The notes: a model not told the origin generated them from the sequence alone. A stretch of 64,000 nt of DNA from an uncultured Candidatus Rokubacteria bacterium (GCA_963771355.1 CAVYTA010000006.1:2624001-2688000); one strand, 5' to 3'; positions 1 to 11,996 are shown, numbered from the stretch's first letter. Translations and numbers: made by a program.

Positions 1-250
1 GACGCCGATGAAGGCGCAGCCCATGCCGAAGCCGGGCGCGCCGCGCGAGGAGGTCGTACAGCGGGCGCTCGAGATGATCACGAATACGGCGCCCTTCGAC
101 ATCTCGCACCACCCGGCCATGGCCATTCCGTGCGGGATGAGCGCCGGCCTGCCGGTGAGCATGATGTTGGTGGGCAAGCACTGGGACGAGCCGACAATCT
201 ACCAGGCTGCCGCCGCCTTCGAGGGCGCCGGCGATTGGAAGTCGATGTAA
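1..250 (+). CDS. Amidase-signature family protein, C-terminal part (truncated by window)
   Basis: [33 protein letters not shown] is a typical amidase C-terminus. Confidence 0.85.
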   Translation, partial: TPMKAQPMPKPGAPREEVVQRALEMITNTAPFDISHHPAMAIPCGMSAGLPVSMMLVGKHWDEPTIYQAAAAFEGAGDWKSM

Positions 251-324
251 GCGAATCAACCGGCCGATCCCGTGCGTGTTGGTAATGAGACCGTGAGCGG
301 TCTGTCCTCCGGTGGAGGGAACCC

Positions 325-1591
325 ATGCCCGAATCATCCACGCGCTTCACCCTGATCACGGCGGCTCGCCTGCTCGACGGCACCGGGGCGGCGCCCGTCG
401 ACCAGGCGGCCGTGCTCATCGACGCTGGCCGCATCGTCGGCCTGGGCCGCGCGGCCGACATTCCCATTCCGAGCGGCGCCGTCCGTAGACCGCAGAGACT
501 ACGGCGCGGCCACCATCCTCCCCGGCCTCGTGGACGCCCACACGCACCTGGTGGCGCCGGGCGATGGCACCCTCGGCGACGACATCGCCAAGGAAGACGA
601 CGACATCCTGCTGCTCCAGGCCGCCAAGAACGCGCGCACCCTGCTCCACTCGGGGGTGACCACGCTCCGCGAGAACGGCGCCAAGGGCAAGGTGGCCTTC
701 TCGCTGCGCGAGGGCATCCGCCGCAAGCTCGCCCCGGGGCCGCGGATGGTCATCTGCGGGCGGCCGATCGCGATGACGGGCGGGCACATGGGCTACTTCG
801 GGTCCGAGGCCGACGGCGAGACGGCGGTGCGCGCCGAGGTCCGCAAGCTCCTCAAGGAGGGCGCCGACTACATCAAGATCGTGGCCAGCGGCGGCTCGAC
901 GCGCACCTCGGATCCCAACCGCGCCTCGTACACCGTGGGCGAGCTCGCGGCGATGAGCGACGAAGCCCACCGGCACGGCAAGCTCACCGCCGCCCACTGC
1001 ACCTCCGCGCAGTCCGTCCAGAACTGCCTCGATGCCCAGGTGGACATGATCATCCACTGCATCTTCGCCGAGCCCGACGGCACCTACCGCTTCCGCCCGG
1101 ACCTCGTCGAGCGGCTGGCCGCCGCCAAGGCGTGGGTCAATCCCACGCTCTACGTGATGCAGGCCGGGATCGACCGGCTTCGCGAGGCGCGGGAGCGCGA
1201 GGGGCGCCTCACGCCGGAGCTCGTGGCGCAGCTCGACGAGTCGCGGCGAGCGCTGGACGTGAAAGTGGACGCCGTGCGGCGGATGAGCGAGGCCGGCGTG
1301 CGGATGACGGCGGGGTCCGACTCGCCCTGGGGCTGGTACGCGCCCGGGGAGTTCGTCCACGAGATCCACATGATGGCGCGAGCGGGGCTCTCGTACTCGG
1401 ACGCGATCGTGACCGGCACCGCGGGAGCGGCGGAGTCCATCGGCGCGGGCGGCGTGGCCGGGCAGCTCGCGCCGGGCCGGCTCGCCGACGTGCTCGTGGT
1501 GCGTGGAGACCCCACGCGCGAGATCACCGCGCTGTGGGACGTCCTCGACGTCTACCAGGCGGGCCGCCGCATCGCCCGCGAGGTGACGTAG
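325..1591 (+). CDS. Metal-dependent amidohydrolase; apparent single-base frameshift near 479
   Basis: N-terminus ARLLDGTG..VLIDAGRI in one frame continues in another as DYGAATILPGLVDAHTH; then ADYIK, AAH, IIH, AGSD and G.LAPGRLADVLVV motifs; GGAGGG SD. Confidence 0.85.
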
Positions 1592-1594
1592 CGC

Positions 1595-2563
1595 TCAATA
1601 GAGGTGGCAGGCAGCCTCGTGTCCCGCGCCGACGGCCCGAGGAAGCGGGCGCTCGACACGGCAGCGGTCGAAGACGAACGGGCAGCGCGGGTGGAATCGG
1701 CAACCGGGGGGCACGTCGAGCGCGCTGGCCACCTCTCCCCTGGGCACGATGCGCTCGCGGCGCCGCGTGGGATCGGCAACCGGAATGGCGGAGAGCAAGG
1801 CCTGGGTGTATGGATGCTTGGGCTCGCGGTGAATCGCCTCCCGGGAGCCGATCTCGACAATCTCGCCGAGATACATCACCGCCACGCGGTCCGACATGTG
1901 GAGGACCACGTGGAGATCGTGGGAGATGAAGAGGTAGGTGAGGCCGAAGCGGCGGCGGAGATCCATCAGGAGGTTCAGCACCTGGGCCTGGATCGACACG
2001 TCGAGGGCCGACACCGGCTCGTCGGCCACGATGAGGCTGGGCTGGAGCGCCAGCGCCGCCGCGATCCCGATGCGCTGGCGCTGGCCGCCCGACAGCTCGT
2101 GCGGGTAGCGCTGGGCGAACCCCGGATCGAGCCCGACCACCTCGAGCAGCGCCGCCGTGCGTCGGAGCCGGTCCCGGGCGTCCGCCAGGCCATAGATGGC
2201 GAGCGGCTCGGCGACGATTTGTCCCACCCGCATCCGCGGGTTGAGCGAGCCGAACGGATCCTGGAAGACGATCTGCATGCGCTGCCGCGCGGCCCAGAGC
2301 TCCCGCGCGGATAGCGCGACCAGGTCACGGCCCTCGAAGCGGACATGCCCGCCGCTGGGCTCGATCAGGCGCAGGATGAGGCGGCCCGTGGTGGACTTGC
2401 CGCAGCCCGATTCGCCCACGAGGCCCAGCGTTTCGCCGCGCTCGAGCGTGAAGCTCACGCCGTCGACGGCGCGGATCACGCGACGGCGCCGCGCGAGCCA
2501 CGCGCCGCCCACGTCGAACTGCTTGGCGAGACCCTCTACCTCGAGGAGTGGACCCGCGCTCAC
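1595..2563 (-). CDS. Oligopeptide/dipeptide ABC transporter ATP-binding subunit (OppF/DppF-like)
   Basis: [22 protein letters not shown]-terminal [15 protein letters not shown] start overlaps the upstream stop. Confidence 0.93.
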   Translation of the reverse strand: MSAGPLLEVEGLAKQFDVGGAWLARRRRVIRAVDGVSFTLERGETLGLVGESGCGKSTTGRLILRLIEPSGGHVRFEGRDLVALSARELWAARQRMQIVFQDPFGSLNPRMRVGQIVAEPLAIYGLADARDRLRRTAALLEVVGLDPGFAQRYPHELSGGQRQRIGIAAALALQPSLIVADEPVSALDVSIQAQVLNLLMDLRRRFGLTYLFISHDLHVVLHMSDRVAVMYLGEIVEIGSREAIHREPKHPYTQALLSAIPVADPTRRRERIVPRGEVASALDVPPGCRFHPRCPFVFDRCRVERPLPRAVGAGHEAACHLY

Positions 2564-3522
2564 GCCACCACCGGGCAGGCCACGAAGTGTCCGGGCTCCC
2601 GCTCCACCAGCGCGGGGTCGTCGCGCCGGCAGCTCGCGATGGCATGGGCGCAGCGGGGGGCGAAGCGGCAGCCGGTGCCGGGCTGGCGGAGGTCCGGCGG
2701 CACGCCCTCGATGGAGGCGAGGGGTTGCCCGAAGCGACTCGGCTGCGGCAGGCACTCGAGGAGGCCCCGCGTATAGGGATGAATCGGCCGAGCGAACAGC
2801 CGCCCCACCGGCGCCAGCTCGACGATGCGCCCGCCATAGATGACGGCGACGCGGTGGCAGAGCTCGGCGACCACGCCCAGATCGTGGGTGATGAGGAGGA
2901 CCGCCATACCACGCTCCGCCTGGAGCCGCCGGAGGAGATCCAGGATCTGCGCCTGGATCGTGACGTCGAGCGCCGTGGTCGGCTCGTCGGCGATCAGGAG
3001 CGCCGGTCCCGCAGCCAGTGCCATCGCGATCATGGCGCGCTGGCGCAAGCCGCCCGAGAGCTGGTGCGGGTAGTCGCGGGCGCGCTGGCGGGGCGACGGG
3101 ATCTGGACCAGGTCGAGCATCGCGTGCGTGCGCTCCCAGGCCGCGTGGCGGCCGCCGCCTCCATGCGCGAGCACCGCCGAGGCGATCTGGTCGCCGATGG
3201 AGAAGACGGGGTTGAGGGAGGTCATCGGCTCCTGAAAGACCATGGCGATCCGGGCGCCCCGCACGCGACGCATGGCCTCGGGATCCTTGCCGAGCAGGTC
3301 CTCGCCCTCGAACAGGATCCGGCCCGCCGCGATGCGGCCGGGCGGCGGCAGGAGACGCATGATGGACAGCGAGGTGACGCTCTTGCCGCACCCGCTCTCG
3401 CCCACGAGCCCGAGCACCTCGCCCCGGTCGATCGTGAAGCTCACCCCGTCCACCGCGCGGAGCTCGCCCTGGCTGGTGGGGAAGTGGGTGGCCAGGCCTT
3501 CGACGACGAGAAGCGGCGGCAT
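2560..3522 (-). CDS. Oligopeptide/dipeptide ABC transporter ATP-binding subunit (OppD/DppD-like)
   Basis: [40 protein letters not shown]. Confidence 0.93.
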   Translation of the reverse strand: MPPLLVVEGLATHFPTSQGELRAVDGVSFTIDRGEVLGLVGESGCGKSVTSLSIMRLLPPPGRIAAGRILFEGEDLLGKDPEAMRRVRGARIAMVFQEPMTSLNPVFSIGDQIASAVLAHGGGGRHAAWERTHAMLDLVQIPSPRQRARDYPHQLSGGLRQRAMIAMALAAGPALLIADEPTTALDVTIQAQILDLLRRLQAERGMAVLLITHDLGVVAELCHRVAVIYGGRIVELAPVGRLFARPIHPYTRGLLECLPQPSRFGQPLASIEGVPPDLRQPGTGCRFAPRCAHAIASCRRDDPALVEREPGHFVACPVVA

Positions 3523-3523
3523 C

Positions 3524-4414
3524 CTAGATCTTGAGGCGCGGATCGAGCGTGTCGCGCAACCAGTCGCCCAGGAGGTTCACCGCGAGCACGGTCAGCATGA
3601 TCGCGAGCCCCGGGAAGGTGGCGAGCCACCAGGCGGTGGCGACGTAGTTCCGCCCGTCGGCGAGCATCCACCCCCAGGTCGGCGTGGGCGGCTGCACTCC
3701 GAGCCCGAGGAAGGACAGCGCCGACTCGTAGATGATCATGAACGCGAGCTCGAGCGTGGCCACCACGATGATCGGGGTCAGCGCATTCGGCAGGACATGC
3801 CGGAGTAGCAGCCGCATCGACCGATTACCGCGCGCCCGGGCCCCGCTCACGAACTCGCGCTCGCGGATGGACAGCACGTCGGCGCGGACGATGCGGGCGA
3901 ACTGCACCCAGCGGGTGACCGCCATCACCAGGATCACGTTGAGGAGGCTCGGGCCCAGCGCGAAGACCACGCCCATCGCGAGCAGGATGTAGGGGATCGC
4001 GAGGAAGACGTCCACCACGCGCATGATGAAGGCATCGGTGCGCCCGCCGTGGAAGCCGGCGAGGAGGCCGAGGGTGACGCCGATGAGGCCGGACAGCGTG
4101 ACCGCGGAGAGACCGACGCCGAGAGAGATCCGGCCCCCGTACAGGATGCGGCTGAGGATGTCGCGTCCGAGGTGGTCGGTGCCGAGCGGATGCTCTCGCA
4201 GGCCCCGTTCCTGCCACATCGGGGGCCGGAGCCGCTTGACGAGCATCTGGCGCCCCGGATCCCAGGGGGCGATCTGCGGGGCCGCCAGCGCCGCGCCGCC
4301 CATGAGGAGCAGCACCGCGATCCCGAAGACGGCGCGGAAGCTCACCCGGCGACGGGCGGGCGGGGCGACGGGGCGAAGATCGGCCACCGTCGCCGGGCTC
4401 GCGGCGTCGCTCAT
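3524..4414 (-). CDS. Peptide ABC transporter permease (OppC/DppC-like)
   Basis: [40 protein letters not shown]. Confidence 0.93.
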   Translation of the reverse strand: MSDAASPATVADLRPVAPPARRRVSFRAVFGIAVLLLMGGAALAAPQIAPWDPGRQMLVKRLRPPMWQERGLREHPLGTDHLGRDILSRILYGGRISLGVGLSAVTLSGLIGVTLGLLAGFHGGRTDAFIMRVVDVFLAIPYILLAMGVVFALGPSLLNVILVMAVTRWVQFARIVRADVLSIREREFVSGARARGNRSMRLLLRHVLPNALTPIIVVATLELAFMIIYESALSFLGLGVQPPTPTWGWMLADGRNYVATAWWLATFPGLAIMLTVLAVNLLGDWLRDTLDPRLKI

Positions 4415-5340
4415 TGCTTGCTCCGCACGAAGACGATCCGCGGGTCGAGATAGGTGTAGACGAGGTCCATCACCAGGTTGATCAGGACGAAGAGCGTGGC
4501 GAGCATGGCGACGATGGCTTGCACCAGCGGGTAGTCACGGCTGAAGATCGCGTCCACCGCGAGCCGGCCGACGCCCGGCCAGGCAAAGATCGTCTCCGTG
4601 ATCACGGCGCCGCCCAGGAGAATCCCGAACTCGAGGCCCACGATGGTGACGAGGGGGATGGCCGCGTTCTTGAGCGCGTACTTGTACGTCACCACGAAGG
4701 TGCGGAGGCCCGCGGCGCGCGCGGTGCGGACATAGTCCTGCGCGAGCACCTCGAGCATGCCCGAGCGCGCCATCCGCGCGATGCGCGCCATCGAGAAGGC
4801 CCCCAGCGCGGTGGCCGGCAGCACCAGGGAGGCCAGCCCGTCGCGGCCCGCCGCCGGGAACCACCCGAGCCAGACGGCGAAGACGAGGATCAGCAAGAGC
4901 CCGAGCCAGTACACGGGCATGGCCTGTCCCAGCAGCACCCCCACGGAGCAGACGGCATCCAGGAACGAATTGCGGCGGAGCGCGGCCAGGATGCCGGCCG
5001 GCACCGCCACCACCAGGGCCAGGGCCAGGCCCGCCGCCGTCAGCTCGAGCGTGGCGGGCAGCGTCTGGCGGATCAGGGTGAGGGCGGGCACCTGGTGCTT
5101 GAAGGAGAGCCCGAAGTCGCCGCGGACGGCGCGGGAGAGAAAGCGCAGGTACTGGACCCAGAGCGGATCATCGAGTCCCAGCAGCGCGCGGAGCTGCCGG
5201 ACATCCTCCTCGCGCGCCTCGAGCGGCAGGAGGAGCCGCGTCGGATCGCCGGTGAGGTGCAGGAGTCCGAAGACGATCACCGAGACGCCGAGGAGAACCA
5301 GCACACTCTGCAGGAGCCGGCGCAGGACGTAGGCGAGCAT
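4411..5340 (-). CDS. Peptide ABC transporter permease (OppB/DppB-like)
   Basis: GLDDPLWVQY, DYVRTARA.G, ETIFAWPGVG, DYPLVQ, LDPRI. Confidence 0.93.
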   Translation of the reverse strand: MLAYVLRRLLQSVLVLLGVSVIVFGLLHLTGDPTRLLLPLEAREEDVRQLRALLGLDDPLWVQYLRFLSRAVRGDFGLSFKHQVPALTLIRQTLPATLELTAAGLALALVVAVPAGILAALRRNSFLDAVCSVGVLLGQAMPVYWLGLLLILVFAVWLGWFPAAGRDGLASLVLPATALGAFSMARIARMARSGMLEVLAQDYVRTARAAGLRTFVVTYKYALKNAAIPLVTIVGLEFGILLGGAVITETIFAWPGVGRLAVDAIFSRDYPLVQAIVAMLATLFVLINLVMDLVYTYLDPRIVFVRSKQ

Positions 5341-5350
5341 GCGCGGAGCC

Positions 5351-5396
5351 TCCCCTCACCCTCCCCTTTCCCCGGGGGGGAGAGGGGGAAAGGGGA
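5351..5396. repeat. REP-like intergenic palindrome (CCCTCACCC...TCCCCTTTCCCC/GGGGAAAGGGGA)
   Basis: 12-bp inverted repeat between the SBP and permease genes, preceded by CCCTCACCCT as in common GC-rich REP-type elements. Confidence 0.55.
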
Positions 5397-5437
5397 CTGG
5401 TCGAGAGGCGAGACGCGGAGCGGTTTTCAGCAGCCGG

Positions 5438-6952
5438 CTAGAACCCGATCTCGGTCAGCCGGATCGACTCGTCTCCCCGCGGCGTCCACTTGAGGCGATT
5501 GTTCACGCCGTAGATGTCCATCTGCTGGTACCCGAAGATCCACGGCGCGTCGTCGCGGATCAGCCGGAGGAGCTGGCTGTAGAGCTGCTTTCGCTTCTCC
5601 GTGTTCATCTCCGCGCGGGCCTGCTGGATGAGCTTGTCGACCTCGGGGTTCGAGTACTGGGAGACCGGCTCCCCGGTGTGCAGGTTCGGCGTCACCCAGT
5701 GGTCCGGCTCGAGGCTCGGCAGGCACCACCCGTTCATGAAGATGTCCTCGGTCTTGTGGTCCAGCACCGAGCGGACGTAGCTCCCCCACTCGCCGATGAT
5801 CTTCACGTTGGTCTTGATGCCGTTCTCCGTGAGCTGGCCGGCCACCGCCTGGGCGATGTCCTTGTCCATGGCCCAGCGCCCGTTCGGGGCCTGGAGGGTG
5901 AGCTGGAGGTTCGTCTGGCCCGCGGCGGCCAGGAGCTCCTTGGCCTTCTTGGGGTTGTAGTCGTAGAACGGAATGGACGGATCGTAGCCCCACACGTTGG
6001 GGGGCATGGACGAGTTGATCCGCTTGCCATTGCCCTGGAGCACGCTGTCGAGGATGCCCTGAACGTCCACCGCGTGGTTGATGGCCTGGCGGACCCGGCG
6101 ATCGGCGAGCGCGCCGCCCTTGATCTGCGCGATGCCGAAATAGATGATGCGGCAGCTCGGCATCTTCTCGACCCGGACGCTCCTGGTGGAGGTGAGCGTC
6201 GGGAGCTGGTCGGGCGGAACGTTCACGATCAGGTCGGCCTGACCGGTCTGAAGCGCCGCGATCCGCGCGCCGAGCTCGGGGATGGGCCGCCACGTCGCCC
6301 GCCGCACCGCCGGCTTGCCGCTCCAGTGCGCGTCGTTGGCCTCGACCACGATGCGGTCGTTCTTGGTCCACTCGACGAACTTGAACGGGCCCGTGCCCAC
6401 CGGCTTGAGGTTGGCCTGCACGTCGCCGACCTGCGCCACGTACTTGGGCGCCAGCTGGTACATGAGGGTCATGCGCGCCGGCATCGCGGGGTCGGGCACC
6501 TTGGTGTGGAAGCGCACCGTGTGAGGATCGACGATCTCCACGCGCTCGATCGTGCTGAACCAGCCCTTCTGCGGCGATTTGAAGTCGGCGCGGTAGATGC
6601 GCTCGAAGGAGAACTTGACCGCGGTCGCGTCGAAGGGCTCGCCATTGTGAAAGGTCACGCCCGGGCGGAGCTTGACCTCCCACACCTTCTCGCTCACCAG
6701 CTTGTGCGAGGTCGCCAGCGCGGGCACGAGCTGGAGCTGCTTGTCGCGCGTCAGCAGCGTGTCGTAGATCGACGTGTTGATGATGAGCGTCACGATGTTG
6801 TTGGTCATCTGCACGTCGAGGAACTCGGCGTCGATGCCCTGGGCGACGGTGATATCGCGCTCGCCGGCGGCCCACAGGGGATCGGGCGCTACGCCCGCCA
6901 TCGTCACGAGGACGGCCACCATGACTGCCAGGGACTGGAACGTTCGCCGCAT
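5438..6952 (-). CDS. Peptide/nickel ABC transporter substrate-binding protein (family 5)
   Basis: Signal peptide; LRPGVTFHNGEPFDA, PVGTGPFKF, RVRQAINHAVD; AAGGAGG SD. Confidence 0.93.
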   Translation of the reverse strand: MRRTFQSLAVMVAVLVTMAGVAPDPLWAAGERDITVAQGIDAEFLDVQMTNNIVTLIINTSIYDTLLTRDKQLQLVPALATSHKLVSEKVWEVKLRPGVTFHNGEPFDATAVKFSFERIYRADFKSPQKGWFSTIERVEIVDPHTVRFHTKVPDPAMPARMTLMYQLAPKYVAQVGDVQANLKPVGTGPFKFVEWTKNDRIVVEANDAHWSGKPAVRRATWRPIPELGARIAALQTGQADLIVNVPPDQLPTLTSTRSVRVEKMPSCRIIYFGIAQIKGGALADRRVRQAINHAVDVQGILDSVLQGNGKRINSSMPPNVWGYDPSIPFYDYNPKKAKELLAAAGQTNLQLTLQAPNGRWAMDKDIAQAVAGQLTENGIKTNVKIIGEWGSYVRSVLDHKTEDIFMNGWCLPSLEPDHWVTPNLHTGEPVSQYSNPEVDKLIQQARAEMNTEKRKQLYSQLLRLIRDDAPWIFGYQQMDIYGVNNRLKWTPRGDESIRLTEIGF

Positions 6953-7021
6953 GGAGCCCTCCTTCGCTGAAGTGGTCTGCGCTCGCCGCCAGGGTCAGGA
7001 TCGAGTCCGAGGAGCGGGCTG

Positions 7022-7050
7022 ATGGTATGTCCCGGGAGCGAGGGTGTCAA
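7022..7050 (-). promoter_or_regulatory. sigma70-type promoter for the ABC operon
   Basis: TTGACA-17nt-TACCAT on the minus strand. Confidence 0.65.
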
Positions 7051-7082
7051 GCCGCGGGGCGGGTCGGACCGCGGTCGCGCCG

Positions 7083-7370
7083 TTACTCGTGGGCGAAGGG
7101 ATTGACGAGCATGCGCGGCAGCGTCAGGTCCGCGGCGGGCCGGAACTGCTCGAGGCCGATCACCATCTCCTCGTGTCCGGCCGCCGGCTCGGCGACCTAG
7201 GTGCCGAAGAGCCGGTCCCACCACGGGAAGAGGTTGCCGAGGTTGCTGTCGGTCTCCCTGGCCGCCGCCGAGTGATGGACGCGATGCAGGTCCGGCGTGA
7301 CGAGCGCGCGGCGGACCAGCGCCTCGCCGGCGCCCCACAAGCGGACATTGGCGTGAGAGAAGACCGAACT
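7083..7370 (-). pseudogene. Sterol desaturase/fatty-acid hydroxylase family remnant (3' part only)
   Basis: FSHANVRL..LVTPDLHRVHHS..ETDSNLGNLFPWWDRLFGT, then an in-frame TAG where Tyr is usual, VAEPAAGHEEMVIGLEQF, a frameshift, and DLTLPRMLVNPF; no 5' half found. Confidence 0.75.
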
Positions 7371-7622
7371 GGCAAGATCTTCGAGCTCGATGACCAGTCC
7401 TTCTCGCGAATCTCCATGCCAGCATGACCTTGCCGCGGTCCGGTCGGACGCGGAAGACCGGCTTCTGGCGCATCGCGGTGTCGACCAAGGACGAGCCCCT
7501 GCTCGCACTCACGCCGACCGGTGAGGACGAGATACTCTATGTCATCGGCGTGCGAGACCGAACTTTCTAGCTGGACGGGAAGCTTTGGGAGCTGGCCAAG
7601 CTCTGAGTGGCGCGCGCCGCGC

Positions 7623-8051
7623 TCACGTCGCTTTCGCGGGGGCCTCGGCTACGACGTGGATGACACGCAGGCGAAACTTCCTTTCGGCTCGGTGCACCAG
7701 GTCGAGCTTCAGCCAACGCGACAGGCCCGGAGGCAATGTGCAGATGACGAGCGTCTCGTAGCCAGGGTGCGCAAGCAGCTCGTCGCTGATCGCCTGCAGC
7801 GGATCAGGCGCCCCAACGGCCGTACGGAAGACGCGCGCTTGCGCCGTCTCTTCGAGAAGCGTCTTGGCGGCGTCGGCGCGCTGCTTTGCGCCGTCTACGG
7901 TTTCGCCCTCCCACGTCGTCGCACCAGTGGGCGCCTCCGGGACGAGCACGGCAAACTCCGCGGCGGCGTTTCCCGCGGCCAGCGCACGCACGGTTTGCTG
8001 AAGGGCGGGGCTCAAGGCGGTCTGATGCGTGACGACCAAATACTTCGTCAT
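7623..8051 (-). CDS. Hypothetical USP-like (adenine-nucleotide alpha-hydrolase-like) protein
   Basis: YLVVTHQTALSP, DPLQAISD, ICTLPPGLSRWLKLDL; GGAGGTG SD. Confidence 0.6.
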   Translation of the reverse strand: MTKYLVVTHQTALSPALQQTVRALAAGNAAAEFAVLVPEAPTGATTWEGETVDGAKQRADAAKTLLEETAQARVFRTAVGAPDPLQAISDELLAHPGYETLVICTLPPGLSRWLKLDLVHRAERKFRLRVIHVVAEAPAKAT

Positions 8052-8091
8052 GGTCCACCTCCCTCATGAACCTCGGTCGTCGCTAGCTAAG

Positions 8092-8442
8092 CTAGGCGAT
8101 GTTCCACAGCAGGTAGGCCGTTGCCGCCGTTCCCAGGAGGGCGGCGCCATAGCACAGGACGGCGATGAGCTCGGTCAGATGCTTCAGCTGCAGGCCATCG
8201 TAGAGCGTGTACCTGAAGCGATGAGCCCAATGGAAGAGGGGCAAGGAGATGAGGACGAACAGGTAGAGGCGGGTCACCGGATGTGTCAGGAGGCGGTGGA
8301 GGAACTCGTAGCGGGGTTCCTCGAGCCATCCCAGAGGAAAGGCCAGACCGGTCAGAAACAGATGGACGGGGAAGAGGAACGCGGCGACGGTGCCCCCCGC
8401 ACTGAACAAGAGCCACAAGAGAGGGGTGATCCGCTCCATCAT
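8092..8442 (-). CDS. frdD: Fumarate reductase subunit D
   Basis: WLLFSAGG, LPLFHWAHRF; last gene of the frdABCD operon. Confidence 0.88.
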   Translation of the reverse strand: MMERITPLLWLLFSAGGTVAAFLFPVHLFLTGLAFPLGWLEEPRYEFLHRLLTHPVTRLYLFVLISLPLFHWAHRFRYTLYDGLQLKHLTELIAVLCYGAALLGTAATAYLLWNIA

Positions 8443-8859
8443 CTACCCGCGCAGCAACACAAAGGCCACCGCCCCCGAGAGCACGAGCCAGGCCGCGTAG
8501 TTCAGGCCGAGGATGACCGAGTCGGGCACTCGCTTGCCCCGGACCCGCAAGACCATCGCCTTGGGGGTCAGATTCAACCAGGTGATGGCATGGAAGAGGA
8601 CAAAGAGGAAGGCAACCGTATTGACGGCGAGGAAGAGCGGCGTCCGTAGCCGGGCGAGGAACTGCCCATAGGCCTCGGGACCCTGGACGAGGGCGTGGAG
8701 CTGCCACAGATAGACCACGGCGAAGAAGGCCACGAAGACGCTGGTGAGTTCCCGAAGGACAAAGCGAGTGTAGGACCGATTCTCGAGCCACCACCAGACG
8801 GACACGCGGCGGCGATACCACCGGGGATGGTACAGGGTGTAGGGGGGCTCAGCGCTCAT
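8443..8859 (-). CDS. frdC: Fumarate reductase subunit C
   Basis: [36 protein letters not shown] overlap with frdB. Confidence 0.88.
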   Translation of the reverse strand: MSAEPPYTLYHPRWYRRRVSVWWWLENRSYTRFVLRELTSVFVAFFAVVYLWQLHALVQGPEAYGQFLARLRTPLFLAVNTVAFLFVLFHAITWLNLTPKAMVLRVRGKRVPDSVILGLNYAAWLVLSGAVAFVLLRG

Positions 8860-9599
8860 CTCGTGCCCCACGGAAGCAGCAGCGACTTGACCCAGTGGGT
8901 CGCGGCGGTGAGCTTGTATTGCTGGATGGCGCCCGCGGGATCCACGTGCTTGGGGCACACCTTCGTGCACTCCCCGACGAAGGTACACTGCCAGATGCCG
9001 TCGTGCTCGGAGAGGATCCGCAGGCGTTCCGCCGCCCCCTCGTCCCGGGAGTCCATGTTGTAACGCTGGGCCAGGGCGATGGCCGCGGGACCAATGAAGC
9101 CCGGCTCGAGTCCATAGATGGGGCACGCGGAGTAGCACAGCATGCAGTTGATGCACATGCTGAACTGCTTGTACGTATCGAGCTGGTCGGGAGTCTGGAG
9201 GTATTCGCCCTCGCCCGGCGACTTCTCCTCCTTGCGGATGATCCAGGGCTTCACCTGCTTGAGTTTCCGCACGAAATCGGTGAGGTCCACCACCAGGTCG
9301 CGCACCACCGGGAAGTAGTCCAGAGGTTCCACACGAATGGGACCAGGCAGGTAGTCGGACAGGAAGGTCGCGCACGTGAGCTTCGGCGTGCCATTCACCT
9401 TCATCCCGCAGCTGCCGCACACGCCCATCCGGCACGACCACCGGAAGGAGAGGGATCCGTCCATGTGGTCCTTGACATGGTTGAGGGCGTCCAGAACCAC
9501 CCAGTCCTTCCGATAGGGGATCTCATAGGTCTGGAACGTGGGTTCGGATTCCTGTTCCGGCCGATAGCGCGCGACGGTGAGAGCGACAGTGGACGGCAT
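8856..9599 (-). CDS. frdB: Fumarate reductase iron-sulfur subunit
   Basis: [42 protein letters not shown]. Confidence 0.95.
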   Translation of the reverse strand: MPSTVALTVARYRPEQESEPTFQTYEIPYRKDWVVLDALNHVKDHMDGSLSFRWSCRMGVCGSCGMKVNGTPKLTCATFLSDYLPGPIRVEPLDYFPVVRDLVVDLTDFVRKLKQVKPWIIRKEEKSPGEGEYLQTPDQLDTYKQFSMCINCMLCYSACPIYGLEPGFIGPAAIALAQRYNMDSRDEGAAERLRILSEHDGIWQCTFVGECTKVCPKHVDPAGAIQQYKLTAATHWVKSLLLPWGTR

Positions 9600-9604
9600 C
9601 CCTC

Positions 9605-11350
9605 CTACCTCCCGTAGACCCGCTTGCCCGGCGGCCAGCGGGTGATCGTGACCGGCCGATACTCGATCCGGGGAGAATCGTCCTCCGCGCGATAGGCCAA
9701 GGAGTGCGCCAGGAACCGCTCGTCGTCGCGCTGCGGATAGTCGGTGCGCTGGTGGGAGCCGCGCGACTCCCTCCGCTCGAGGGCGGACTGGACGATCGTC
9801 TGGGCTCCATCCAGCATATAGGAAAGCTCGATTGCCGCGGTCAGCTCGGTGTTGAAGGTATAGCTACTGTCGTCGAGGGCGAGGTCCTGGAACCTCTCCT
9901 GGAGTCGCTTCAGCTTCCCCGCCGCCTCCTTGAGAACGGTCTCCGTCCGATAGATACCCGCACTCTCCTCCATGACCTGGTGCATCTCGGCGCGCAGCGA
10001 GGCTATCTTCTCCTTACCGCCCGTCTTGCGCAGAAACCTCGTCCTCGAGCCTCCGGTGTTCGTCCTGAGCCTGAGCGGCGAGGACGGGCTCGTCCCGTCC
10101 TGCTCGGCGGCGAAGGCCGCCGCGGCCTTGCCGGCCCGCGCGCCGAAGACCAGGATCTCGGTAAGGGAGTTGGAGCCCAGCCGGTTGGCTCCGTTGATGC
10201 TCACGCAAGCGGCCTCCCCCGCCGCAAACAGTCCCGGGAGAGGTGTGGCCCCGTGAATATCGGTGTGAATGCCGCCCATCATGTAGTGGACGACCGGCCG
10301 AACCGGGATCATCTCTTTCACCGGATCGATTCCCACGTACTTGAGGCACAGCTCCCGGACGAACGGGATCTTCCTGTCGATCAGCTTCTCTCCCAGGTGG
10401 CGGATGTCCAGGTGGACGTAGTGCCCGTACGGTCCCTCGAGCGTACGGCCCTTCTCCTGTTCCTTGACGAAGCACTGCGAGAGCCGGTCCCGCGGGCCCA
10501 GCTCCATGGAGCGCATCACCGGCTTGGGCGTTGGGGTCCCCAGGTCGTAGTCCTGGAGATAGCGGTAGCCGTCCTTGTTCAGGAGCCAGCCCCCCTCCGC
10601 GCGCGCCGCTTCGGTGATCAGGATCCCGGTGAACGGTAGGCCCGTCGGGTGGTACTGCACGAACTCCATGTCCTTGAGCGGCGCGCCCGCGCGATAGGCC
10701 AGAGCCATCCCGTCGCCGTTCTTGATGTTGGCGTTGGTGGTGAAGGGGAAGATCTTGCCGCAGCCCCCGGTGCAGAGGATGACGGCCTTGGCGGTGATGG
10801 CTCGGATCTGCCCGGTGGACAGCTCGATGGCCACGACTCCTTGACACCGTCCGTCGTCCACGAGCAGCTTCGTGACGAAGAACTCGTCGTATCGCTCGAT
10901 GACCTCGTACTTCAGGGTGGTCTGGAACAACGTGTGGAGCAGATGGAAGCCAGTCTTGTCCGCGGCGAACCACGTCCGCTCGATCTTCATCCCCCCAAAG
11001 GGACGCACGGCGATGTGGCCATCCGGCTCCCGGTTCCAGGGACAGCCCCAGTGCTCCAGCCGCAGCATTTCCTCCGGGGCCTCCCTCACGAAGGCCTCCA
11101 CCGCGTCCTGGTCGGTGAGCCAGTCCCCTCCGGAGATGGTGTCGTAGGCGTGCTCGTCGAGGCTGTCCGCCGCTTTGATCACGGCGGCGGCTCCTCCCTC
11201 CGCCGAGACGGTATGGCTGCGCATGGGATACACCTTGGAGATCACGGCGACGCGGAGTTTCGGATACGTCTCGGCCACGGCGATGGCAGCGCGCAGTCCG
11301 GCCCCGCCGCCACCCACTACGAGCACGTCGCAGGTGAACAGATCCATCAC
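9605..11350 (-). CDS. frdA: Fumarate reductase flavoprotein subunit
   Basis: [23 protein letters not shown] (covalent-FAD His), [28 protein letters not shown]. Confidence 0.95.
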   Translation of the reverse strand: MMDLFTCDVLVVGGGGAGLRAAIAVAETYPKLRVAVISKVYPMRSHTVSAEGGAAAVIKAADSLDEHAYDTISGGDWLTDQDAVEAFVREAPEEMLRLEHWGCPWNREPDGHIAVRPFGGMKIERTWFAADKTGFHLLHTLFQTTLKYEVIERYDEFFVTKLLVDDGRCQGVVAIELSTGQIRAITAKAVILCTGGCGKIFPFTTNANIKNGDGMALAYRAGAPLKDMEFVQYHPTGLPFTGILITEAARAEGGWLLNKDGYRYLQDYDLGTPTPKPVMRSMELGPRDRLSQCFVKEQEKGRTLEGPYGHYVHLDIRHLGEKLIDRKIPFVRELCLKYVGIDPVKEMIPVRPVVHYMMGGIHTDIHGATPLPGLFAAGEAACVSINGANRLGSNSLTEILVFGARAGKAAAAFAAEQDGTSPSSPLRLRTNTGGSRTRFLRKTGGKEKIASLRAEMHQVMEESAGIYRTETVLKEAAGKLKRLQERFQDLALDDSSYTFNTELTAAIELSYMLDGAQTIVQSALERRESRGSHQRTDYPQRDDERFLAHSLAYRAEDDSPRIEYRPVTITRWPPGKRVYGR

Positions 11351-11490
11351 TCTCGCGGCCGGGCATGAAGAGGCAGACCGGCGCGGCCACTGGGATGGTC
11401 AATGCGGGCGAGGAATAGTTGTCCGAGACCCCGAGCTCTCGACATCGTACCCCTCGGGAAGCGGACGGTTTGCTCCGTAGAAGTCGGGGC

Positions 11491-11587
11491 AGTATGAGCA
11501 AGTCCGGGAGGCCCTGTCAATGCCATTCTCGGCGTTGCTATCCCTTGTGATTCAGCATTGACAGCGAATCGTTGTCGTACTTAACAT
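11491..11587. promoter_or_regulatory. Divergent sigma70-type promoters (frd operon on minus, GYD gene on plus)
   Basis: Minus: TTGACA-18-CATACT (11520-11491). Plus: TTGACA-18-TAACAT (11558-11587). Confidence 0.55.
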
Positions 11588-11635
11588 CTGCGCAGTTCCC
11601 ACTTCTTCAACCGGCCCGGCCTCATGGAGGCGAAC

Positions 11636-11956
11636 ATGGCCAAATATCTCTTCCAGGTCTCCTACACCGCGCAGGGTGCCAAGGGCCTTCTCGAGGGTGG
11701 TGGCGGTAAGCGGCGGGCCGCGGCCGAGCAAGCGGCCAAGAGCGTCGGTGGCAAGATCGAGTCCTTCTACTTCGCCTTCGGCGACGCCGATGCCTTCGTC
11801 ATCGCCGATGTGCCGGACCACGCCAGCGCCTCAGCCGTCTCGCTGGCGGTGAGCGCCTCAGGAGGTGCCCACTGCAAGACGATCGTCCTCATGACCCCTG
11901 AGGAAGTCGACCAGGCGAGCAAGAAGCCCCTGACGTATACCGGACCGGGCCGGTAG
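11636..11956 (+). CDS. GYD domain-containing protein
   Basis: YLFQVSYT.QG.KG..GGKIESFYFAFGDAD..I.DVPD; GGAGG SD. Confidence 0.8.
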   Translation: MAKYLFQVSYTAQGAKGLLEGGGGKRRAAAEQAAKSVGGKIESFYFAFGDADAFVIADVPDHASASAVSLAVSASGGAHCKTIVLMTPEEVDQASKKPLTYTGPGR

Positions 11957-11996
11957 GCTCGGGGCGCCGCCACCGGAGGGAGCACGCGGTTGCGGT

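Noticed and set aside
7197..7199. Pyrrolysine or readthrough at the TAG in the desaturase fragment
   Set aside because: The same fragment also has a frameshift and no 5' half, so it is a pseudogene
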